The notes under the pieces were generated by a model. The model was given only the letters and a program-made list of their open reading frames with translations, was not told where the DNA came from and did no database searches. A stretch of DNA of 64,000 nt from Epithemia pelagica (lineage: Eukaryota > Protista > Bacillariophyta): positions 1 through 64,000 of the forward strand of contig OX337237.1 in assembly GCA_946965045.2 (NCBI GenBank), read 5' to 3'. Made by a program: the position numbers and the translations under genes. Position 1 is the first letter of the stretch; each line of letters starts with the position of its first letter. Shown one piece after another: positions 10,501-21,257 of this stretch.

Positions 10501-11790
10501 TCAGCATTCAATTGGCACACACAACAAATTGATTACGTCCTGGCATACCCACAGGCACCGGTCGAAAGGGAAGTCTATATGGAGATCCCAGTGGGGTATG
10601 ATCTGGACGAAGGAAAGTCCAAAAGAGATTATGTCCTCAAACTCCATGCCAACCTCTACGGGCAAAAACAAGCCGGTAGGGTGTGGTACCAACACCTGTC
10701 AAAGCGGTTGGTGGAGCAAGTGGGGTTCACCAAGTCGGCCGTGGATGAGTGTGTGTTCTACAGGGGCCAAGTGATCTACGTCCTCTACACTGACGATAGT
10801 ATCATCGTGGGTCCGGATCAGGCAGAGATTGACAAAGCAATCAACGATATCCGGGCAGCAAAGCTCAATATCACAGTGGAAGGAAACATCAAGGATTTCC
10901 TGGGCGTAAATATCCACAAAAGCGACAACGGAGAAATAACTTTCTCCCAACCGCACCTCATCGACAAGGTACTGAAAGGATTGCGCCTGGGATCCGACAC
11001 AGTCCCAAAGAGTACGCCCGCAGCACCGTCCAAGATACTCCATCGCCATCTGGAGAAACCACCCTTCGACAACAATTTCAACTACCGATCCATCGTCGGG
11101 ATGTTGAATTACATCGAAGCAGGGTCAAGGAGCGACATAGCGTACGCTACACACCAATGCGCACGCTTTGCCTCCAACCCTCGGAAGCCACATGGAGACG
11201 CAGTCCGATGGATTGGACGGTACCTACACGCGACACGAGACAAAGGAATGTCGTTCCGTCCAGACAAGGAGGCAGGCTTGGAAGTGTGGGTGGATGCTGA
11301 CTTCGCAGGCAACTGGAAACGCGAGGACGCAACGACAGACCGTGATACGGCAAGGTCACGACACGGGTACATAATCCGTTATATGGGTTGTCCAGTGATC
11401 TGGAAATCACAAATTCAAACGGAGATCGCCCTCAGTTCAACGGAAAGTGAGTACACAGGGATGTCGTATGCGCTACGAGCAGCCATACCAATAATGCGCT
11501 TGCTGGAAGAAATGCAACAACAAGGCATCCAAATACAACAAACGCAAGCCGAAGTCCACTGTAAAGTGTTCGAGGACAACAGTGGGGCGCTCGAGATGGC
11601 CAAGGTCTACAAGTTTCGCCCAAGGACCAAACACCTGAACGTCAAGCTCCATCACTTCCGCACCTACGTGGAGGATGGCAGCGTGACGATTCATAAAGTG
11701 GCAACAGAGGACCAACTCGCCGACTATCTCACCAAACCATTGCCGCAAGACACATTGGAACGACTGCGCAAACGAGTACTCGGATGGTAA
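7504..11790 (+). CDS. pol: Pol polyprotein (protease, integrase, RT, RNase H) of copia element 1, in frame with gag
   Basis: Protease IGIDNRCS; HHCC (YHYDFGH...CSAC); integrase SVDQ/HADNG/NGKAERR; RT YTDD; RNase H VDADFAG/ESEY/EDNSGA/ADYLTK. The frame is uninterrupted from 7504, with the first ATG at 7558. Confidence 0.96.
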   Translation, partial: LLWREWKTVTTLVTLILYMYATLSLEEIITYLWLWTLVQFLKRTTTMIEAATKLIIVVLHQGEEDESTTNKKDWMHHAITMTNETVEGMANWVDTKFLDTKQRKKVRPWRKRRARKIICSAAIMAMAARCAAATNCHPFDSDSTMIGIDNRCSGCITHVRSDIPGALKQCNKAIKGFGGAKTYEVWTGTIHWDWEDDQGKIHTMVIPNSYYVPEGKVRLLSPQHWAQTRKSSEKRGGAGEMTTGTEVVLFWNDRQSRRTIPIDTHGNNVATFHLASGYKQYHAYCKECGTERDRDYDKDPLLQHQAMPSMVVSDDEGEDDETTYPIQAQQWHQAIPKPTVEATPDAATQQTDEAEPRKFDFDLDGKTADDEIPPPDIIPHEEEERPTAEAELLRYHYDFGHLPFAKLQQMAKDRILPKRLANCHIPVCSACNFAKATKRAWRTRSSKDWSNKTPPSKPGMVVSVDQLVSPTPGLVAQMTGFITKQRYRYATVYVDQATSLGFVFLQKTSTVEETLQGKRAFERYAINRGVSVRAYHADNGIFKAHGWVKACHDQGQDLTFAAVGAHHSNGKAERRIRELQGMARTMLLHANKRWPQAITANLWPYAVRHANDCINAAPNMQHETKQSPIQLFSQTAINTNKKHWRPFGCPVYLLDERLQGNKPHNKWENRARVGIYLGQSPIHNRNVALVLNRHTGHVSPQFHVRFDRSFHTLHQEQLTATWQVSTFFADAKRTGQPQRSQNGKRRRRHKGQEGAPQHTPTGTPTDEGQQQLPNNVWPDEAPNQSPTTGPPGGTPPQATQTGRTMERMPPVDSEGAHGQRERQPPQTTTTNQMRTRSGRLRKPTQRLIEVMSAEVEDDATIPGELFALSTLTPQDDMEGEDPLLAYKAAVSDPDTMYHHEAMKEPDRAEFIKGMQKEMERQMEDGNLSIVRRDSVPAGQRIFKAVWQMRRKRDIMTREIKTHKARLNFDGSKMEKGIDYDQTYAPVASWASIRLVLALVSAFNWHTQQIDYVLAYPQAPVEREVYMEIPVGYDLDEGKSKRDYVLKLHANLYGQKQAGRVWYQHLSKRLVEQVGFTKSAVDECVFYRGQVIYVLYTDDSIIVGPDQAEIDKAINDIRAAKLNITVEGNIKDFLGVNIHKSDNGEITFSQPHLIDKVLKGLRLGSDTVPKSTPAAPSKILHRHLEKPPFDNNFNYRSIVGMLNYIEAGSRSDIAYATHQCARFASNPRKPHGDAVRWIGRYLHATRDKGMSFRPDKEAGLEVWVDADFAGNWKREDATTDRDTARSRHGYIIRYMGCPVIWKSQIQTEIALSSTESEYTGMSYALRAAIPIMRLLEEMQQQGIQIQQTQAEVHCKVFEDNSGALEMAKVYKFRPRTKHLNVKLHHFRTYVEDGSVTIHKVATEDQLADYLTKPLPQDTLERLRKRVLGW

Positions 11791-11830
11791 CGAGTGTCAC
11801 AAATGATGCAAATTGAAAAGTGAGAGGGAG

Positions 11831-12064
11831 TGTTGGAAAATCCCCTTTGCCGCCTGGCGCATTCGGAACCAGGGGGGACATCTCCCGTGCGTAAGGGTTT
11901 CCCCCATGACCCACGTCACCAATGGACACTATTCACTGACGACCCTCATACGTCAGCACCATTTGCACCCATAGCGTAACATGACCATACCTATAATTTA
12001 CTCAATCCCCTTTTACGAAACTAGTTGGCCCTTTTAATCGGCAGTGACCACGGTTAAAACAACA
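11831..12064 (+). repeat. 3' LTR of copia element 1
   Basis: Direct repeat of 5790-6023, preceded by a polypurine tract at 11815-11830. Confidence 0.97.
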
Positions 12065-12463
12065 CTTATTGCTTTGGATCCACACTTTTCCACAACATCA
12101 ACACCATCCAACATCCACCATGTTGACGAGGCGCAATAATCTCAATATTCTATTTCAAGCTGCCTCCTCTACGAGCATCATGGGCTTTTACCTACCAGGG
12201 CACATCGGTCAGCGTCCGTTTTTTGAGAAACGCGTCCCACATGCGAGAGAAAAGATCTCGGAAACCCAAAAGGCCAAAAAATGAGGCCTCTTTGTTTGTA
12301 CCTCAAAGAATAATGCCCTTTTCTATCTCATTCCCTTGCTCTCACAAAACGCGGACTTCCACTGTGTTTTGGATCCTTGAGATTGGGAATTGGAGATTTG
12401 TAACTGATTTGAATTGGAGATTGGTACGAATCCATCCTCCGCCGTCTTAGCCTCGTCGCCAAG

Positions 12464-15156
12464 ATGTTCTTACTACGCAACCCTTTGGTAGCACTCCGGT
12501 TTGGATTGGTCTTTGTGACATGGGGTGTGATTACCTGGAGTTACTTTTCGTTTAGCCATTTTGTGCACCACCACCACTTTAGCTTTGGGAATCATACAAC
12601 GAACCACACAGCCAACCACAGCGCATTTCCCGATCACAATCAGACTGGGCATGGCCACAACGAGAGTATGCAGCATGGAAAGGGAGGTCCTTTTGACCGA
12701 TTCCATGAAGAAGAGGATGATTGCTTCCTGTACGGAATGGCCCTTCCTCTCCTGTTGTTGACGTTGGCCGCCTTGATTTGGAATCCCAGTTCCAGTAGCT
12801 CCAACTACACCAAGAACAAGACTAGTTTGATCCACCAGAGTACTCAGGAGCAAGAAAAGAACTCTGCGGGCGAGGTCAACGTCACCAAATGGACCTTGAT
12901 CTGGTTTGTAATGCCTCTGTTCCTCATTGTGCTCGAGGGTGCTCGTGGTCATCATGTGTTTGCGAGCCATGACTCGCATGGTTGGAACTTGTACGTTCGA
13001 ATCTGCATGTCGCTCATGAGTGTTTCGGGATATGCCGCCACATGGTCCTTGGCTTTCTTTTTGATCCCTGTCACCAAGCATTCGCCCATTTTGGATTGGT
13101 TGCGTGTGACACCAGTCCAAGCCTTGGCCTTTCATCGCATTTCCGGATGGGTGGGCTTTTGGAATTCAGTCTTGCATGGATTTCTTCATTTGCGACACTT
13201 GATGGATGTCTTGAATCCACATCATGTTCGTCCGTGGCAAAAACAGTTGCAGATTCTCTTGATCCCATCGTCTTGGGAATGTCTTGCCACCCAAAATCCT
13301 ATTCAAGGTATTTTTGTGTTTGGAACACCCAAACAGTTGGACGATCCAGTGGCGGATCGGCAGTGTTGGTTGGCATTGGTCAACAATGCGACTGGAATGA
13401 TTAGTTGCCTTGCCTACCTAGCCTTGGCTCTTACCAGTCTACAAGTCCGACGATACTCGTATCGATTGTTTTATCGAGTTCACATTCCTGCTGCATGGAT
13501 CATGCTTCTGAATGCCATTTGGCATTACCCCACATGTATCCTCATTCTGATTCCCAACATCATGTACGTATTTCTCATTCTCTTGCTGTGTTGAGCTCTG
13601 ATTCTTTCGCCACTGACACTTGATTTTCGTGGCCTTTTCGCTACTCGCGACTCTGTTCTGCCAAAACAACCAGATATTACCTGTCATTCCATATCCCCGT
13701 GCTCATGAAGCAATCAATGGACTATTACAGTAAAAACATCAGAACGACAGGCCCGCTGCTCGAGGCACACTTGATTCAAGGTGGGTCGATAGAACTTGTG
13801 TTTGCGGTAGACCCTCAAGACCAACGCCGGCATGAAAACTTGTTTGTCAAGTTGTCCCATCCAAGTGTTTCTCCCTTGTCCCATCCGTTTTCGGTATTTT
13901 CTCGTCAGGAGCTCGTTCCTGGTGACGAAGGAACGCACACGGCCTCAATCTTACTTCGACCTTCTGGACCATTTACGCAAGGTCTGACCAAGTTGCTCTT
14001 TCCAGGCAAGCATGGCGACGAAGACGACTCTAGTGACCAAAACATTCAAAACACTGCACATGACGAGGCGACTTTGGTGTCACCGCCCGATTCCCACAAG
14101 TTACAATTTGATTCCTTTTATGCCAGCTCCTTTGATTGGGTGGAACACGCCATGACGACTCATGATGAAGTTCTGGTGGTTGCTGGTGGCGTTGGTATTA
14201 CCCCCTTTTTAGAGTTTTTGCCGGCTCTCAAGAAACGGATTGAAGCAGACTCCTCCATCTTGAACAACGATCACGAATTGGCCCTGAGCAATGGAGAGTA
14301 TGCGGCAGTCAGGAATAACGAAGAGACGTTGTTGAATAAAGTGGGTCCGAACCACATACATGTTCATTGGTATTGTCGAGAAGTCGGCCTTGCGTCTCAT
14401 GTGTGGCACAGCTTCCTCGGTCGTCATGTTCAGGCATGGGAAGACAGTGTGGTTTGTCAAGGGCGATTGAAGATTCACTTACATCTCACAAAAGCTACGA
14501 CAGATGGTACGACGGCCACGCACATGACGATCCCCCGTGTGAAGGTGGTAGAAAAGGCGATATTTTCTAGCCCGGACTCTTCACGTTGTGCGGTCCGTCC
14601 TGTCAAAGATGCACAGTTCACCCAATCTTTGTGGATGGCACTCGCTTTACCAGGAACGTTGATGATTGTTGGTACCACGATCCACTGGATATGGTACAAG
14701 GAAATCGTCATAAATGACAAATTTCGAGACAACAATTTGGTTCTCCGTTCACATAGTATTCTGTTCACCGTTGTATTCGGAATCGTCGTCTCGCTTGGGA
14801 TGGAACACTTTGTCCGACGTCGCGAAGCGGCTGCCATGGCCATGCATCAAGCAACCACCAGTGCTTCTGTAGATGAGGTATTACCTGCCAACGAGGCAAC
14901 TACGCACTCGACAACGAGCACTTCCTTGTCCTCACTAGGGCGAGACGATGATGAAGCGGAGTGCGCCTCAAGCTCGAACCTTATGGTTGTCCACGCAGGC
15001 CGACCTGAAATGAACCATGTGATTGAGTCTGCCCTTGTCGCTGTCCGGCCTGGTGTTTACTTCTGTGGACCACACGGGCTGATGGAAAATGTCGAACAGT
15101 CGATTCGATCCAAGAGGTCGGATTGTGCCTTTTATCGAGAGGATTCGGAAATGTAA
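12464..15156 (+). CDS. Ferric reductase / NADPH oxidase-like (FRE) transmembrane flavocytochrome; join(12464..13563,13674..15156)
   Basis: Paired heme-ligand His in FHRISGW...VLHGFLH and FYRVHIP...AIWH; FAD motif HPFSV; NAD(P)H motifs VAGGVGITPF and YFCGP. The GT..AG intron 13564-13673 joins the two track ORFs in frame (PNII|YYLSF). Confidence 0.92.
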
Positions 15157-15442
15157 GACCAGAGCCCCTGACACATAGGTAACCTCCTAACCAATACAAA
15201 CATGACTTGCAGTCGATATGCGTGATCTGAGGCTACTTCATCTTGCATTGGGATGAAACCGTGGTGGATTCGTGATGTATCAAAACCAAAGGTAGTACTA
15301 ATGTTACATTATCTCTAATTGAATCGCATCCATCAGGGCTGTTGTGGTTTATGCGGGCGTTTTCGTGTTGGCAATGCTCTGATAGTTATCGTGGCAATGT
15401 TCGTGGTTGATTGTCTTTCATCAGAGACATGAATATCCTGTT

Positions 15443-16678
15443 CTAGACAGTAGACTGTTGCAACAGTCGCAGCAAGCTTTTCTTGTTCTTCTTTTTGTTC
15501 TTTTTCTTTTTCTTTTTCTTGTCCATGACATTGTCCTCCTCCTCGGCTTGTTCAGCAAACAATGTTTTGAAATCGAGCTTGGCTTGTTTGGCTTGCAACG
15601 CTTGTTGTTTTTCAATCTTTTGTCGTGCCTTGGCGGCCGCCTTTAGCTTGTCCTTGGTTATCTTTTGTTGTTGCTTGATCCATTTCTTCTTTTCTTTCTT
15701 TGTCATGCCTTCGTCCCAGTTTTCTTCTTTCTCCTTTTCTTCGTCCCAGTTTTCTTTCTTCTCCTTGGCATTCTCCTTGGCTTCCTTTTGCTGTTGCTTG
15801 ATCCATTTCTTCTTTTCTTTCTTTGTCATGCCTTCCCAGTTTTCGTTTTCTTCTTCCTTATCTTCGTCCCAGTTTTCGTCTTTCGCCTCGTCTTCTTCCT
15901 TGTCTTCGTCCCAGTTTTCTTCCTTCTTCTCGGCTTCGAGCTTGGCTTTTTTCTTGGCTTCCTGCTTGGCTTTTTTCTTGGCCTCCTTCTCTGCTTTTTT
16001 CTTGGCCTTTTTCTGGCGGTCGGTCAACTCACCTCTTATAATGAGATTGGGATCAATTTTGCCCGTCACCAAGCAAACTGCTTTGGCACGAATAGATGTC
16101 AGCATCGTGGTGTCCATGCAGTACATGTCGTTCAATTGTCGATGTTGTTGCTGTTGACTACGCAAATACTTGCGTTCCGTCGTTTCGGAAGGAAGCTGTA
16201 CCTGTAATAGGGGTCGAAGGTATTTGCCGGAGGAGGCGGTGACAACTTGTTCCACCTTTTCTTCTTGTTCTTCTTGTGTTTGACTTGCATGGTTCGATTG
16301 GAGTACAGCGTCATTGTTATACAGGCGGTGTGCCTGCTGCACGGTCACAGAGACGTTGCCCGGATGTAGTACCTCCGTCTTGTTAGTGGTAGAGTTTTGT
16401 GATGCTTGTTCTTCTTCCGGCGTGGCCGGTGGTTCAGGGCTCGAAAATAGGAACGTGTTTCGGCGGGCTTGTTTGTTGTAGCGGACCGAGTGGTACGGTT
16501 GAGTCGTTGCGGCTGTCAAGGTGGTGGCAGGTTCAGCTCGCAAGAGCTGTGCCAGACTCGTCCGACTGGAGGACAAGAAAACCACCGTGCAGAGCAAACT
16601 GCACCGAAGTGCTCTTCTCTGGAATGGAGCGGCGGAAGTGGTCATGGTGCTGCTTGGTCGGTTGGTTGGTAAGAACAT
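15443..16678 (-). CDS. Secreted-type Lys/Glu-rich repeat protein, function unknown
   Basis: 411-aa ORF with ATG at 16678 and a hydrophobic leader (CSLLCTVVFLSSSRTSLA). It has an RQL motif, repeated ENWDE units and two GMTKKEKKKWIKQQQK copies. Confidence 0.7.
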   Translation of the reverse strand: MFLPTNRPSSTMTTSAAPFQRRALRCSLLCTVVFLSSSRTSLAQLLRAEPATTLTAATTQPYHSVRYNKQARRNTFLFSSPEPPATPEEEQASQNSTTNKTEVLHPGNVSVTVQQAHRLYNNDAVLQSNHASQTQEEQEEKVEQVVTASSGKYLRPLLQVQLPSETTERKYLRSQQQQHRQLNDMYCMDTTMLTSIRAKAVCLVTGKIDPNLIIRGELTDRQKKAKKKAEKEAKKKAKQEAKKKAKLEAEKKEENWDEDKEEDEAKDENWDEDKEEENENWEGMTKKEKKKWIKQQQKEAKENAKEKKENWDEEKEKEENWDEGMTKKEKKKWIKQQQKITKDKLKAAAKARQKIEKQQALQAKQAKLDFKTLFAEQAEEEDNVMDKKKKKKKNKKKNKKSLLRLLQQSTV

Positions 16679-18852
16679 GGTGTTCGTAGTTACTCTTCTG
16701 TTTTCGGTACGTTATGAAAAAAGCTGTCCTTGTGAATCTTCTCGGTTGGTTCCTGTCAATCTAGGAAGAAGCACACAAGCTTCCAAATTATGAGACCCTG
16801 TCTGTCGACGAAACTAGAGAGGGTTGTTCCTCTATTGCAAAAAGTGATGGCATGCTACACGAATCATTGAATAGAGGGGGATAGTACCGTAGGGACTCGT
16901 GAGTACAAGTCCCGAATATGATCAGAAACTGCATTGAGTCACTATGGGCATAGTCATTTAGAATTGCCTGATTCCCGTTGGGAGAGCAGAGTCTCCTTAC
17001 AACAATATACCAGGCAATAGAATAAGAGTCACGAGGCATCTCGCGAGATGAAACACACCGCATGGGTACTATGAGGGGCAATATCAGGTCAACCGTGAAA
17101 CAATCTCAAAAATTTGATAGGGGAATTTCCCTTCACGATCAGGATCCCTCGTTGGGCGCATGTCGGGCATTCCCTCACCCAAACGGCCCATTCCAATGAG
17201 ACTTGCCCGACAAAGACGGCCTCTTGTTCCTTTGATTCGGATGGTAGTCGTATCGATAAACAATTATTGTCGATTGTCTATCACGGTTTGATAAGTGTTT
17301 CGTAGTTGCGTGGAGACAGTCCCATTCTCGGACTGTAGTCTCTAGTACGAGCCACGAGTCCCAAAATCTGTTGCGAAGAACCATTGCAACATATGAACGA
17401 CTCTGCTCTCACCAGTCAGTCGACCACACTTTCCCTCCAAAGAGAGAGAGAGTCGTCTAAACGGTGCTCTGGGACTAAACATTTCAGACGCTCTTCACTC
17501 ATCTAATATTCAATATTCAAGATTGAACCGACACGAGTGTGAAACGAGACACAACGCAGGAAGGATTGGTGAGTGAAGGAAGCTGCTCATTGAGCAGCAA
17601 AACAGACTCATGTATCGGGACAATTAATGAGCAATGGTGGCCATTCCCAGCAAGGCACCAGGCATATCTGTCAAAGGAAGTGTCGCGTGGATGTACATAT
17701 CTGAGATGCTTCTGTGGTGTTGGTTACTACTCGGTTTTGTATTTCAAACCAAAATCGACGTAAGCGCAACGTGAACATCACTCCGGCCTATTCTCTACCT
17801 ACGAGGATGATGGATCAAACATGAAACCATCATGCAAGTGTTTGCGACATGGGATCGTTTCTGTCGCCGGTCGAGGAGGATGCTCTTTGTTCCAAAACCG
17901 ATGAGAAAAGCAAGTGTTTCATATTGTACTGCTCGTGGAATTCAATCTCTTGCTTCTCTCGTTTTTGTGGATTCAGTTCCATTGCCGTTCCCATAATCCG
18001 TATCCACCAAGAGCCGACCCACCAACGACACAAAGGCCGGTTTCTTCTGAGGAAAATGTGACTCGGTAACCCGGAGTGTAACCTTTGGGGGGTCATCGCG
18101 ACGTACCGGTACAAGGCCCAACCAAACCTACACAGAAATGAAAGCTCAACGGATGCTCCTCACAATTTCGAGATTTGAGTGTCACCGATCGAATCGCAAC
18201 CACCGACTTCAATCTTGCGCTAGAGACAGGCAACGACGACACCGAATTGCCACTTGGCACCGGGATCGTGGGAAACAAAGTGCGCGTAGGAGCAAACGCT
18301 AGCAAGGCCATACTTGGCGGCATGGCTAGAATCGCTCCATTGATAACAAGAGTCTTTGTGGATCGCAAGAATGCCAAAGAAGCATCGTAGTCTACGAGAG
18401 GAATGAAGCAGTCATGATGATGATCGCGACGAACAAGATGCCAGGCACACGGAAAAGCATGGTCTTTTTAGCATCGTAGCAGTTTGTACCGCACGAGGTT
18501 GACCGCGCCACGAAAAAAAGCACTGTATACAAGCACAATGGTGATCTCCATCAAATGGAAATGGTCTTTGTTGGTGCACTGACAAAGGATAATACGAAAA
18601 CGTGGTACCAGCATCTACCAAGAAACCTCTGTGGGATACAAACCTCTACCAAGAGACCTTTGTGAGGCCAGTTCTACAAAATGCCAATGAAGTAACAGTG
18701 TCCCTCTGGAAATACCGCTTTCATATTTCCCTACTGTAGCGACAACTTGATTGTAGGACAGAGTAGCACTATCGAGTCGCCTCATAACTGCCAATGGGAC
18801 CCACTACCACATGTATCAGAATTCGTACGCGAGTCCAGCTAGCGATACTAGG

Positions 18853-19967
18853 TTAAAATTTGTACACTTGGTCGGGTTGGTATCCCAGTTCCCCGAGAAT
18901 ACCCGTCACTGCTTTCGGTTCCTCGCGGGGACCGCAAAAGGCTTGATACATGGGCGGCGGGCCACAGACAAAGACTGCCACCTTTTTGTCGGTCGTGGCC
19001 GGTGGAAAGCCACTCTGGACAATCATGTCCTGGTCAATAAAGCCCCGTGCACCCGTCCACGGGGAAGGAACCGGTTCGTCACTCAACACATGGGTCAATT
19101 GAAACTGGTTGGCGTATTTGGCGGCCCAGGCATTGAGAATTTCTTGGCCCAAAATGTCCTTGCTGTGACGGGAGCCATACAACATGGTCACCTTGGGTTT
19201 TGGACTCTTGTCACTGCCCAAAATGGCATGCAAGGCTTGAATCATGGGTGTCACACCCGTTCCACCCACGAGCATGAGAATTTCGTCGTATTGCATAAAT
19301 TCCTCGGCTTGAATCTTGACATCTGTCCATTTCGAGAATAGTACGAAAAATAATTATGTCATGTGAGCGAGTCGTAGAAAAAGGCCATTGACAACATGAC
19401 CTACAAGAGAGTATATGGTACCATGCGTTTGCCAAAATCCTTTGTCTTGTCATTATGAATTCGATCTCCACGGCGACACAAGATTTGGTTCTTCGACACA
19501 CACGACTTACTAAAGGCAATATGCTTGAATTCGAGCGTGTCTCCGACCTGGAGGTCATGCATGTATTTGGACATTTTGGCCGTGGGTCCATAGTGTTTGA
19601 CGAGCAGGTCAAAATACCCCACATTGGCATTGGTGGAAATGGGTGTGTAGGGACGCACGACGCATTCCCCGTTGGCCAAGTCGGCCTTGGCCAAGATACA
19701 GGCACACGTGGACAAATTCAATGGTTTACTGGCATCGGGCAAGCCAAAGCGAAAGACGGAGGAGGTATCGGACACTTGAAAGGATTCCAACAAGGGCACT
19801 GAACGGAATTCGTCCGTGAATTGACATACATTGGGAGGCACCAGAGATTCGACCGGTGGACCCGTCAATGTCGAAGGGAGAGATGCCATGGTACGATGAG
19901 AGAACAAGGAGAGGGAAACCGCACAAAGGACCTGACGAGGAGCAAACAAACTTGTTCTTGCCAGCAT
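18853..19967 (-). CDS. NADH-cytochrome b5 reductase; join(complement 18853..19322,19511..19967)
   Basis: Motifs RPYTP, FDLLVKHY, MSKYM, GGTGVTPM and FVCGPPPM. The GTAAGT..CAG intron 19323-19510 gives HIAF|NVKIQ in frame. Confidence 0.92.
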
Positions 19968-20801
19968 TCCAAAAAGTGCTTGTAAGACGTGTGGTGTTGG
20001 AGGAACATTCCCAAGCTATCAATCGCCCCAATGGTGGTGAAGCAGATCGAACATCATCTCCCTCCGTCGTCGTCATCGACCAAGTCAGATCACTCCGCAA
20101 TTCACGATACTCATTCCTTCTTCGATCGTCGAGACACACACACGTCATCCGCTCTTTGCTATGTGTCTCTTGAACAATCGCCACATAGTCGGTCTGCCCG
20201 TCTGTCCATCAACCGTAGCTACCCCAAGGGCAGCAAGCGATTACCTATCGTAGAGGAGTACCACTCTCGCTCTAGCAACAGCATCGATGAGAGGGGGAAC
20301 TGCACCTCGTCACAAACGTAGTCTAGAATTCAATACACACGTCTAGAGGAGTAGGCAGAGCACCGAGAAGCTGGATGAGCGAGATTGTGGTTGGTTGTTC
20401 TGGAGAGTGTGCCAAAGAGGACATGACCCAGCATTGGAGAACTTCATGTCTACGGTTGCGGCACTTTGATTTTCCTCCATGCCGCCGCCATGTGTTGACA
20501 AACGAATTTGGTTTGGTTGTTGGTTTGGTTGTTGGTCGGTTTGCTTGCTTGGAACGCGTGATCCTTCACTGCCAAACCCGGTAGAACGTGCCAACCTACA
20601 GTGTTGCCGAATGTGCCGCCAACGAGCTGCCATGTGGCATGCGGCGGGTGGGTGTGTGTTGGATGCACAGACTGTTGGTTCCGAATCCTCTAGGAAGGTA
20701 GGTCGGGTACGTCCAGGAGATGCTGTTTGCTTGGCGTGGTGTGCCGTTCGCAGAGAGCCCTATGGTACGAGTAGAGGAGGCTCGGATCATGGTCTTTAGT
20801 A

Positions 20802-21257
20802 TGTTGTCGTGACTAGAAAAGGAGAAGCACTTAGGAGTCGAACCTAAGCACTAGCTAGTGACCGTTACTCCACCAATTCCACACTAATTAGCCTATATAG
20901 ACATCAAAGTGCTTGTTCCGACACACCCCCCCACTTTGATGTCGATAGTTTTCCTCGTCTGTTATCCGCTGAGGTAGACTTTTAGATTTGATGTTAGATT
21001 GACTCGATTTTGGATAGATTTGATTTGATTGATTTGATAAATTCAACGTTTCCCATTCGATTCGAACCTCGAACCTATCCATGTTGGGGTTACACTTCAT
21101 CGTTCCATAGGTTTACACTCTGCAGAACTCCTCCATGTTGTCGTGACTGGAAAAGGAGGAGCACTTAGGAGTCGAATCTAAGCACTAGCTAGTGACCGTT
21201 ACTCCACCAATTCCACACTAATTAGCCTATATAGACATCAAAGTGCTTGTTCCGACA
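20802..21257 (-). mobile_element. TRIM-like non-autonomous LTR retroelement, 456 bp
   Basis: 122-bp direct repeats at 20802-20923 and 21136-21257 (TG...CA, 3 transitions) with a 5-bp TSD TAGTA. On the minus strand, PBS TGGAGGAGTTCTGCAGAG follows the 5' LTR and PPT AAAGTGGGGGGGTG precedes the 3' LTR. The 212-bp interior is non-coding. Confidence 0.9.

Larger units (their letters stand above)
5790..12064 (+). mobile_element. Intact Ty1/copia LTR retrotransposon (diatom CoDi-like), 6275 bp
   Basis: Two 234-bp LTRs (5790-6023, 11831-12064) that look identical by eye, with TGTTG...CAACA ends. PPT GAAAAGTGAGAGGGAG precedes the 3' LTR, CTTATT flanks both sides, and domain order is PR-IN-RT-RH. Confidence 0.98.

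Noticed and set aside
15483-16207. Phe/Ser/Leu-rich plus-strand ORFs
   Set aside because: They are antisense to the Lys/Glu-rich gene 15443..16678.
17830-18621. Short minus-strand ORFs, one with an LLAFAP plastid-leader-like motif
   Set aside because: There is no in-frame ATG giving a full signal peptide and no recognisable domain downstream. It may be a gene relic but cannot be supported.
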